Source: Deltaproteobacteria bacterium
GTDB taxonomy: Bacteria > Bdellovibrionota_C > UBA2361 > JANWWW01
Length of the DNA stretch: 64,000 nt
Assembly (NCBI GenBank): GCA_025055295.1
Contig: JANWWW010000001.1
Coordinates: forward strand, 1,513-65,512
Direction of reading: 5' to 3'
A program made the translations under genes and the position numbers. The notes below the pieces were generated by a model. That model saw only the letters and a program-made list of their open reading frames with translations, was not told the DNA's origin and did not search any database. Below, piece by piece: positions 30,409 through 38,534 of the stretch (the stretch's first letter is position 1; each line of letters starts with the position of its first letter).

Positions 30409-31026
30409 CTAATTTTTTAAAACTGATATTTTTTCCCCCGGCTCTAAATTGAAGGTAACACCCTTAGCATCTACCAAAATTAAATTGCTGTCTGGTAGTG
30501 TAAACTTGGAGGCAGAGATAGTGTAGCCTTCCTCCGTGTAAATTTCAAAAGACTCTAAGGCTCCTTTAAGGAAACGATATTTTGAATTTTTTTCAGGAAT
30601 TGGAAGGCCTCTTTCAATAAAGTATTCATCCGACGCAACCCATATAGGATCAAAACTTACATATTTAACCGTTAACTCCTCGAGTTCCAAGGGAGGAAGT
30701 TTTTTAATGGGAAAACAGTTTCCTCGCAAACACATCGAGCTTCGATTAATATAATTTTTCACGCCTGAAACATAAAAACTTGGGTAGTTTTTAATACCAA
30801 AATTACCGTCTTCCGGTTGTTTTTCAACTTTTTGCAAGGTTTCTAAATCATAAACAAATGATTTTTTCGTATCAGCTTCCAAAAAAATCGTGTCAACACT
30901 ACTTTCCTTTTGTATTCCTTTCTCCGCAAACTTTGAGGCACAACCTACCAGAAAAATAGCCATAAAGAGAGCAACTAATTTTTTTGCCTTCTTAATCAAC
31001 CCTCCTTTGACCTGGTTTTTTGACAT
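30409..31026 (-). CDS. Lipoprotein-like L,D-transpeptidase-related protein lacking catalytic His/Cys
   Basis: Lipobox-like LVGC; DPIW...EYF...R.LKGAL..F.IY...GY.ISAS where IHGT is expected; no downstream GC. Confidence 0.55.
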   Translation of the reverse strand: MSKNQVKGGLIKKAKKLVALFMAIFLVGCASKFAEKGIQKESSVDTIFLEADTKKSFVYDLETLQKVEKQPEDGNFGIKNYPSFYVSGVKNYINRSSMCLRGNCFPIKKLPPLELEELTVKYVSFDPIWVASDEYFIERGLPIPEKNSKYRFLKGALESFEIYTEEGYTISASKFTLPDSNLILVDAKGVTFNLEPGEKISVLKN

Positions 31027-31038
31027 TTAGACCTAATG

Positions 31039-32301
31039 TTAATTGCAACTCTTTGCCCAGTTCAATAGGTTTTTAGCGTAATCCTCATTAAGGTACAGTG
31101 GAACATAAGTTTGCGTGCAAAGCACATTTTTTACCGGAAAATAAAAATCGACTAATGGATCTGGTGACTCTAATTCCAACGAGTAGTACGCACCAGCAAA
31201 ACTTTCCCCATCACAAAAACTGAAATGGTTTAGGTTGAAACCTCTAAGTTGAGACCTAAAAAAATCAATTTTTCCCGAAGGGGCAAAGTCTATAATTGAT
31301 CCTGTCGAAAATGAAAAGTTGAGCGAAAAATTTAAAATATTCCCACCGTTAGCCTTTTTGTTGCCAAACTTTAATGCTGACGCCAGCAAGCCACAAGAAA
31401 GTCCTTCGATAATGACAGGTTTGCCGGAAAACACATACTCCCTCATTGACTGAACAAACTTCTGTGTTTGAGACGCTAGGGTCAAAACCTCCAAAAAATT
31501 ACTGCCTGTGATCCATATTAGGTCCGCATCTTTTGGTATGGATCCCTGAATTGTAGGAGAAAATGTTTTGACCGAATGTCCAAGAAGATTTAGGTAAAGC
31601 GCATTTTCCTTGAAAGTAAAGTTAAAAAACGAGTCTTCTGAAAAATAAATCGTCAATCTGGATTGACTTTTCCCCGCGAAAGGGACTGTGTCCGGAACAT
31701 CAATCAAGGATTTTAAATCACCAATTTTGCCATTCGAACCACTGACAGCGCTCTGGGTTAATTTCTGAATAACAGCATAGTCAAATTTGGGAATGTGATA
31801 TTCCGTATAACCAAAATCCGGAATAATTGGCTCATATCCCTCTATCATAATCATTTTGTCGTCATTGTCCAAAGCATGACTGAACGTAAAACAAAAATTT
31901 AAAGCTCCTGATTGAATCAGTTGTTGGAGACAAAATTTTTCCAACTCTGTTACCGATGAGCCATCTATCGATCCTACGAGAAACAAGCTCTTACTTAGAG
32001 CTTCCTCGATCCAAAACGAGATATCTCTGCTCGGGAACAACACAATAACTGCCTCAGAGCCCCGAGACGCTAAATAGAGAGCTTTTTGTTGGTTTTTTCT
32101 AAAAGACATCGCATCAACGGTTACAGTGTTAAACCCTGTTAATAAATTAATTATTGACCCTATAAATGGCGAGTCAGAAACCACTAGAACAGAGGGATTG
32201 ATGTTTCTCGCTTCAAGAATTTTCGATATGCAAAAAACGGAAAAAATTTTTAAATTCACAGATTCCTGAAAGGGGAAAACCCCTACCCCAAGCAATTTCA
32301 T
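31039..32301 (-). CDS. Degenerate cobyrinate a,c-diamide synthase (CobB/CbiA)-like protein
   Basis: D.FF.F.F.EN...L..LG....FSP.....P..AD.I.I.G...E and GKPV..E match the CobB GATase domain; P-loop GKT and ECGG missing. Confidence 0.65.
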   Translation of the reverse strand: MKLLGVGVFPFQESVNLKIFSVFCISKILEARNINPSVLVVSDSPFIGSIINLLTGFNTVTVDAMSFRKNQQKALYLASRGSEAVIVLFPSRDISFWIEEALSKSLFLVGSIDGSSVTELEKFCLQQLIQSGALNFCFTFSHALDNDDKMIMIEGYEPIIPDFGYTEYHIPKFDYAVIQKLTQSAVSGSNGKIGDLKSLIDVPDTVPFAGKSQSRLTIYFSEDSFFNFTFKENALYLNLLGHSVKTFSPTIQGSIPKDADLIWITGSNFLEVLTLASQTQKFVQSMREYVFSGKPVIIEGLSCGLLASALKFGNKKANGGNILNFSLNFSFSTGSIIDFAPSGKIDFFRSQLRGFNLNHFSFCDGESFAGAYYSLELESPDPLVDFYFPVKNVLCTQTYVPLYLNEDYAKNLLNWAKSCN

Positions 32302-32348
32302 GCTAAAGCTTTCTCGCGATGATTTGGTCTACAGGCGGATTAAAACGG

Positions 32349-33443
32349 TTAATCCGCGATTTTCTTAAAGAATAATGCAGAAATACCTTGGACACTAGAA
32401 ATATTTTTACCAATTGCTGTTTTAGGTGCCAGAAAGGTAACGCTTCTGACAAGCTGGGCTCTTGAGGCAAATACTGTTGAACCAAGTTCTAGTGCGTTTT
32501 CATATTCTGATGTATCCGATAATACACATATCACGCCGTTTGAGAAAGTCAAACTTTGAGCCAATATCAAGCAGTTTTCCGAGTACTCACTGTTTTTGAT
32601 ACCATCCCAAAAACGGTATTGACTGGAGATTGGGGTTTCATACCACCAAGACCTTAACCACTGCATAGAAGGCGCCGAAAGGGGATTTTTGACGAGATTG
32701 ACAAATACGAAAGGATACTTTTTTTCGTCGCTAATTGATACTAAACTTGCCTGATAAACCCCTTTGAACCAATTATTACGTAATGAACAAAGCTGTGATA
32801 TCTTCCTTAAGACCCGAGCGACCACATCGCGGTCCTGCGGGTAAGCTTTGTGTGACGATACAAAGGTAAGCTGTTCCTGCCACGAACGCGAATACCCGGA
32901 CGGTGAGGGAGCTGATAAATACGCCGACCCATCTCCATGTAAAATCAATGCAGTTGCATATTTCAAAAAACTGCCAAGTCTAGACGGCAACGCTCCAATA
33001 AATGAACGAAAATTTACAAGATCCGCAAAGGTTTGAGCAGTATAAAATGGCTTAAAAACCTCCTGAAAGTCTTTAAGAGAGACAAGTTTAAATGAGTAGT
33101 TCTGCAAGGTTAAAACGGAAACGGGCAAATCCGGTTCTTCAATCAATCCTTGATTAAACTTGAACCACAGTTCGCATGACGCCAGCGCAATACATGGTAT
33201 ACCAAATTTTCCCGCCAAAAGCAGAAAAGCACTACCGTTCGAATTTACCTCAACAACAGGGAACGGTCCTTTAAAAGGAAACATTTTAAGCAGTCGCAAA
33301 TACATTGCAGGTCGCACCGGCGGATTAAAAGCCAAAGTTGAAAGCCATTCACCTGAGATATCTTCCATCGTCAGCTGGATCTCAAGGCGTTCATTCGATG
33401 AGAGACCGGTTTTTGGTCCAAAAAGAGGGATAACTTTAGCCAT
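32349..33443 (-). CDS. Degenerate N4/N6 DNA methyltransferase-like protein
   Basis: VVE...NGSAFLL.A...G at the motif I position; ILHG...YLS, RDV...LRK, WLR.W as recalled for a bacterial DNA-methylase subfamily; no SPPY/DPPY. Confidence 0.5.
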   Translation of the reverse strand: MAKVIPLFGPKTGLSSNERLEIQLTMEDISGEWLSTLAFNPPVRPAMYLRLLKMFPFKGPFPVVEVNSNGSAFLLLAGKFGIPCIALASCELWFKFNQGLIEEPDLPVSVLTLQNYSFKLVSLKDFQEVFKPFYTAQTFADLVNFRSFIGALPSRLGSFLKYATALILHGDGSAYLSAPSPSGYSRSWQEQLTFVSSHKAYPQDRDVVARVLRKISQLCSLRNNWFKGVYQASLVSISDEKKYPFVFVNLVKNPLSAPSMQWLRSWWYETPISSQYRFWDGIKNSEYSENCLILAQSLTFSNGVICVLSDTSEYENALELGSTVFASRAQLVRSVTFLAPKTAIGKNISSVQGISALFFKKIAD

Positions 33444-33648
33444 GTGACTTCCACAATTTTAATTTGCCCCCATTCTTTTTCAAAGGCTTCTTATCAAAAA
33501 CATGATTGATAATTTATAAAAGATGTTATACCTTTGATGTCTCGATGAACGAGGGATGTGAAGATTAACAACCGCTCCAGGGCTTATCTTATAATTTTTT
33601 GAAATTTGCCCAAAGTGTGTTTATAACTTAAAAACGGGAGGTAAAAAA

Positions 33649-34176
33649 ATGAGAAGATTAAGAAGCTTATTACCTTGGAGTTGGACTGAGAGAGAACAGG
33701 CAGGCTCGGCAAGGCCTGTATCCTTACTTTCTCGGTCTTTTCCAGCGTCTGCTTTGAGTTGGTTTGAGGATCAGTTGAATGAAATGAATAGGTTAATGAG
33801 GAACTTTTTTGAAACTGATGAAATAAGGGAGTTTAACTGGAGGCCTTGTTGTCAAGTTCAGGAAAACGACAATGAGTACACAATTCGGGTTGATCTCCCG
33901 GGTGTTAACGAAAAAGACCTAAAGGTTGAATTGCGGGATGACAACATCCTGCACATTTCTGCCGAACGCAGGGTTGAGCAGGAAACAAGCCCGTCATCAT
34001 CAATTCACTTTAGTGAAATAGCTTACGGCGCTTACACCAGAACTTTCACTCTACCAAATGACGCTGACGCAAAAAATATTAACGCTGAATTAAAAAACGG
34101 AGTTTTAACAATATCAATTCCAAAGTCTAAATCGCAGGTTGCAGCCAGAACCATCGAAGTTAGAAAAGCAAGTTAA
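33649..34176 (+). CDS. Hsp20/alpha-crystallin small heat-shock protein
   Basis: DLPGV..DL.V, YG.Y.R.F.LP, A.LKNGVL.I.IPK; strong GGAGGT SD. Confidence 0.95.
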   Translation: MRRLRSLLPWSWTEREQAGSARPVSLLSRSFPASALSWFEDQLNEMNRLMRNFFETDEIREFNWRPCCQVQENDNEYTIRVDLPGVNEKDLKVELRDDNILHISAERRVEQETSPSSSIHFSEIAYGAYTRTFTLPNDADAKNINAELKNGVLTISIPKSKSQVAARTIEVRKAS

Positions 34177-34205
34177 TACTCGGCTAATAATATTACTTTT
34201 TTACT

Positions 34206-34237
34206 GGGCTTGACAGCTGTTGTAGGCTGTTAAGCCC
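34206..34237. terminator. Hairpin between convergent hsp20 and HMG-CoA lyase genes
   Basis: GGGCTTGACAGC-8 nt-GCTGTTAAGCCC: 12-bp stem with one G-U pair. Confidence 0.6.
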
Positions 34238-34386
34238 TGTTCAATTGTATTTTACAGATACTTTAAGACTTGTTCTTTTAATCTTTGGCAGACTGGAATT
34301 TGGTTGGTGACAAAGTTTTAGGCCTTGGATGTCGCTTATGCGCAACTTATGTTTCACTAAATTGCCGGTTGAAGCGCAAAGGGAAA

Positions 34387-35289
34387 TTAAACTTTAGAAG
34401 TTGTAACAATTTTTCGTGCAAGTTTTGAATGTATTTCGCCCTCAAACAACTTTGAAACCTCTTGAATGATAGGCAACAAGTCATCCAAAGTTATATCAAC
34501 TTTGTATCCCGACTCTTGTAATGCTAAAACGAGTTCCTCGGTTGCTACATTTCCTGCAGCCCCATGGACGAAAGGGCATCCCCCGAGGCCACAAATTGAA
34601 GATTCGAATATTTCAACACCCAGGTTTGCTCCTTCTATAGCGTTAAGGATCCCAAGGCCATGTGTGTCGTGCAAATGAAGCGATACCGCTCTGGAATACC
34701 TCTGAACTGCGGGAACAAACTGACGGACCTTGCGAGGCGTTGCAATTCCCAAAGTGTCAGCTAGACAAATTTCATCAACAGGCATCGACAGCTCACCGAA
34801 GATGTTATCGAGCCGGCCTAGGAGTTCGTCAAGCGACGCTGAAGTTTTATAACCAAAAGCGCAGGACACCATGATTTTACAGCTTTCAAAATTGTTCGCC
34901 TTAAAAACTTTTTGAATTTCAACAAAGAAATCTTTTTCCGAATTAAATGAACGCCCGACATTAGTGCTTAAAAATAACTCATCCAAAGCAGTATGTATCC
35001 ATGGTTCCAGCCCTACTCTGAAGTTCCGTGCGATTAGAAAGCCTTTGACATTCAGATACAAAGCGGTAAACTTTTCTGCCTCAGGCCAATTTTCTATCTC
35101 TCCGAGTATTTCCTTACAATCAGCATGAGCGGGGACCAAATCTGGTCTAACTACGCTCGTTGCCTCAATCTTTAAGAAAGGGAGCGATCCTAACTTTTTC
35201 AATATTGCTAGTTTAGACTCGGTGGGAATGAGTTTTTTTGAGATTTGAACACCTTCTCTTAATCCTACTTCACGGATAGAAATTTTCAC
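34387..35289 (-). CDS. Hydroxymethylglutaryl-CoA lyase
   Basis: EVGLREGVQ, LADTLG.A.P, HLHDT.G.G, GLGGCPF..GAAGNVATE. Confidence 0.92.
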   Translation of the reverse strand: MKISIREVGLREGVQISKKLIPTESKLAILKKLGSLPFLKIEATSVVRPDLVPAHADCKEILGEIENWPEAEKFTALYLNVKGFLIARNFRVGLEPWIHTALDELFLSTNVGRSFNSEKDFFVEIQKVFKANNFESCKIMVSCAFGYKTSASLDELLGRLDNIFGELSMPVDEICLADTLGIATPRKVRQFVPAVQRYSRAVSLHLHDTHGLGILNAIEGANLGVEIFESSICGLGGCPFVHGAAGNVATEELVLALQESGYKVDITLDDLLPIIQEVSKLFEGEIHSKLARKIVTTSKV

Positions 35290-35334
35290 GCAAAATTTGT
35301 ACCATGTTAATAAACTGCATGGTCAAAATTCAAC

Positions 35335-36492
35335 GTGGATTTTAAATCGATAAAAAAGGCTAGAAAAATTTACGCTGCGTTTAAACCCTACAAAGTCGAG
35401 CTTAGTCGTAACTTGACTGACGCTTTCGGCAGAACAATTTTTTTTAAGCCTGAGCACAGAAACCTGACTGGATCATTTAAGGAAAGAGGGGTGTTGAATA
35501 CCTTACTTAATTTAGGCAATGTCAAAGGTGTAATTACTGCTAGCGCCGGTAACCATGGACTGGCTTTGAGTTATCACGCAAAAAAAATCGGGATACCTTG
35601 CACAATTGTTTGTCCCAAGTATACGCCGGTTGCCAAACTTTCAAAAATCAAAAGTCTTGGTGTCAATGTGGAACTCTCTGGAGAAAATTTTGATGAGTCT
35701 TATCACTATGCTTTAGAGCTTCAAAAAAAAACAAAACAGATTTTTGTGCATCCATTTGATGACCCCCTTGTGATAGCTGGTCAAGGAACCATCGGACTCG
35801 AAGTTATTCAGGAACTCCCAGAGGTAAGATCCTTGATTTTGCCAATCGGAGGTGGTGGACTTGCTAGTGGCGTGTTGTTAGCCGTTAAAGAATTGAAACC
35901 TCGGGTAAAAGTATACGGCGTAAGATTAAATTTCTCACAACAAAACGAAATACATAAACCTATCAGTTTGGCTGACGGAATAGCTGTAAAAAAATTAGGG
36001 AGTTTAACGGGAAAAGTTATTGAAAATTACATAGATGACATTTTTACAGCTGACGAAGAGAGTATAGCAGAGGCAATATTAACAGCTCTTGAGATGGAAA
36101 AATTGTTACTAGAGGGAGCTGCCGCGGTGACATTGATACCGATCATAAAAAAAACGATTAAAAATACCTTATTTCCAACCTGCCTCATTTTCAGCGGATC
36201 AAATATAGATATTTCGCTGTTATCACGCTTAATTTTACGCAAACTGCGAAAGTCAAGCAAACTGACTAGATTTAGGATAGCGGTGCCAGACAAGCCAGGG
36301 ATGTTAGGACTATGTGCGTCGACTATTGGACAATGTGGAGGACAAATTATCCAGACTTACCACGATCGGCTGGATACTCCAACCCCAAACACTGTTGGTA
36401 TTACATTTCTTGTAGAAGTGCTGGATAAGGAGCATTCCAAGAGAATTGAAGAACAATTAAAAAAATTTTTCGGAATCGTTGAAAGCAGTTGA
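35335..36492 (+). CDS. ilvA: Threonine ammonia-lyase with C-terminal ACT domain
   Basis: TGSFKERG PLP lysine, SAGNHG, HPFDD..GQGT, GGGGL, SGSN, VPDKPG ACT. Confidence 0.93.
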   Translation: MDFKSIKKARKIYAAFKPYKVELSRNLTDAFGRTIFFKPEHRNLTGSFKERGVLNTLLNLGNVKGVITASAGNHGLALSYHAKKIGIPCTIVCPKYTPVAKLSKIKSLGVNVELSGENFDESYHYALELQKKTKQIFVHPFDDPLVIAGQGTIGLEVIQELPEVRSLILPIGGGGLASGVLLAVKELKPRVKVYGVRLNFSQQNEIHKPISLADGIAVKKLGSLTGKVIENYIDDIFTADEESIAEAILTALEMEKLLLEGAAAVTLIPIIKKTIKNTLFPTCLIFSGSNIDISLLSRLILRKLRKSSKLTRFRIAVPDKPGMLGLCASTIGQCGGQIIQTYHDRLDTPTPNTVGITFLVEVLDKEHSKRIEEQLKKFFGIVESS

Positions 36493-36495
36493 AGG

Positions 36496-37149
36496 TTAGC
36501 AGTAAACGGAACCCTGAATGAATTTTTTGGGGGTGTCCGTAAGGACATACTTTAGCCGTTTTTTCAACATCAGCCTTGCCCTGTGCAATCTGCTTTTAAT
36601 CGCTGAAACTGTGAGGCCGGTTATGTCAGCAATCTCGTCATGTGTTAAATTTTGCATATCCCCCAAAACCACAATTTGTCTGTATTGTGGAGGCAACTTT
36701 TCAACTGCCGACAAAATTATCTGTCTCAATTCCGCAAGTTCCTGACAATCTTCTGTTTTAAACTCTTTGCTTTGCTCCATGGAAATTTTAACTTCCTCAA
36801 CGCTATCCAAAGCGGAATTCAGCCGATTGACCTTATCCTTCCGCAATTTCATGAGGCTCGCGTTAAAAGTTATACGGTAAAGCCACGAACTAAAAGCAGA
36901 TTTTCCTTCGAAATCCTTTAGCTTCAAAAATACCGTCATGAAAACCTCCTGCACAACATCTTCGGCATCTTCGACTGACCTTGTGATGCGGTACGCTAGC
37001 TGTCTAACTTTATGTTTATAGCGCCTTACTAATTCTACAAAGGGTGCGTCGAGCCCCTGTAAAAAAAGTTTAATTAGTTGAGTATCCTTAAGATGCTCAA
37101 CATTTAAAGCCATCGACTTTTTGGTCTTTAAATTGTTTGTATGTTTCAT
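36496..37149 (-). CDS. ECF (sigma-70 family) sigma factor
   Basis: DAEDVVQEVF, FSSWLYRI..N, L...EIA...G....A.KSRLHRAR. Confidence 0.94.
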   Translation of the reverse strand: MKHTNNLKTKKSMALNVEHLKDTQLIKLFLQGLDAPFVELVRRYKHKVRQLAYRITRSVEDAEDVVQEVFMTVFLKLKDFEGKSAFSSWLYRITFNASLMKLRKDKVNRLNSALDSVEEVKISMEQSKEFKTEDCQELAELRQIILSAVEKLPPQYRQIVVLGDMQNLTHDEIADITGLTVSAIKSRLHRARLMLKKRLKYVLTDTPKKFIQGSVYC

Positions 37150-37232
37150 TTGATTACTATTCTTTCAGACAACGGGGGTTAAATTGTTTCAAAAATGTGC
37201 TCTATTTGTAAAATTTTTGTAAAATTTCTCGT

Positions 37233-38183
37233 GTGCTATACGAACCGGAATGGGATGTTCACTGGATAGACTCGTGGAACGACGCTAAAGATGCCATCGA
37301 TGAACTTCTTTCCTGTTCAACAGTTGCCGTTGATACCGAAACCGCGGGTTGGCAGTTCGGTTCAAACAGGCTCTGCGTGGTCCAGTTTTCAGCAGAACCG
37401 ATAAAAAAAAATTACCTTTTTGATGCGCTAAACCTTTTGGAACTCGACAGTTTGTTTAAACCACTAATTGAGAATAAACAAGTTCTGAAGGTGGCGCATA
37501 ATGTGTCTTTCGAGCTAAAGGTTTTCGAGACCATTGGTCTTTCGCTTGCAAACTATGCATGCACTCTCGAAATGGCAAAACAATTAAGACCTCATTTAAG
37601 CAGCTTTAGGCTTAGCGCTTTAGCTGAACACTTTTTTTCCCGATCACTGGACAAATCCTGGCAGGTTAGCGACTGGTCTCAACGGCCACTTCTTCCTGAG
37701 CAGATCAGATATGCAGCCTCAGACGCAGAGGTAACCTATAAGATTTACAAGGTGTTGAAAAATATTGCAACGAGACTTAGATCCGCATTGACAGATGACA
37801 TAGATAGCCTACTTAGGAATTATGCGGAGGTGTGCAGGAAAAAGGAAGAGTTATTGAAGCCGATCTTTGACACTTTGTGTGATTATGATTATCTTTTGGA
37901 AGCAATAAAAGAAAAAGTACGACAGGAACTTCCAAAATATAACAACGAGTACGAGAATGAGTCTTGTTACGCTCGTCTTCAAGAAGTAAGAAAAACTGAG
38001 GTATCGATCGAGTTACTTAAAGAAAAGTATCCTGAGATAGCCGAGCTCGTAATTGAGCCCTATGTGAGAAGAGACAAATTAAAAGCGGTTTTTAAGGAGT
38101 TTAATCTTGGTCAGTCTGATCTAGACAAAGTTATAATTGACGTAGGGAAAACATACAGATTGCATTTAGAAATAAAAGATTAA
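37233..38183 (+). CDS. RNase D/PolA-type DEDDy 3'-5' exonuclease with C-terminal extension
   Basis: VAVDTET, KVAHN, LDKS.Q.SDWSQRPL..EQIRYAASD. Confidence 0.88.
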   Translation: MLYEPEWDVHWIDSWNDAKDAIDELLSCSTVAVDTETAGWQFGSNRLCVVQFSAEPIKKNYLFDALNLLELDSLFKPLIENKQVLKVAHNVSFELKVFETIGLSLANYACTLEMAKQLRPHLSSFRLSALAEHFFSRSLDKSWQVSDWSQRPLLPEQIRYAASDAEVTYKIYKVLKNIATRLRSALTDDIDSLLRNYAEVCRKKEELLKPIFDTLCDYDYLLEAIKEKVRQELPKYNNEYENESCYARLQEVRKTEVSIELLKEKYPEIAELVIEPYVRRDKLKAVFKEFNLGQSDLDKVIIDVGKTYRLHLEIKD

Positions 38184-38189
38184 TCAGTG

Positions 38190-38263
38190 CGGGGTGTAGC
38201 TCAGCCTGGTAGAGCGCATGGTTCGGGTCCATGAGGCCGGAGGTTCAAATCCTCTCACCCCGA
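38190..38263 (+). tRNA. tRNA-Pro(CGG), CCA not encoded
   Basis: Acceptor CGGGGTG/CACCCCG, D-arm GCTC/GAGC, anticodon stem CATGG/CCATG with loop TTCGGGT, T-loop TTCAAAT. Confidence 0.96.
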
Positions 38264-38534
38264 TACAATAATTCACAAATTAAGGTATGCAGGCGGAACA
38301 CCTCTCGAAAAAATTAAAAGTATTTTCAACAGCTTACGAAGATTTTCGTGGATTTTTATTTAAAAACTTTGTTTCCTGGCCAGCTTAATTTTGTCTTAAC
38401 AAAAAACCAAAGTCTGGAGAAGCTTTTTAAAAAAAGCTAATGAGTAAAGCACGCTGTTTTTAAGCATAAGCGGGACAATTTGAGGTCTTTACGTTGAATC
38501 TTTTAATCTTTATAAAGTTGAATTACGTTAATTC

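Noticed and set aside
33444..33648. CIRCE operator or ROSE thermometer upstream of hsp20
   Set aside because: No TTAGCACTC-N9-GAGTGCTAA, and no convincing SD-sequestering hairpin.
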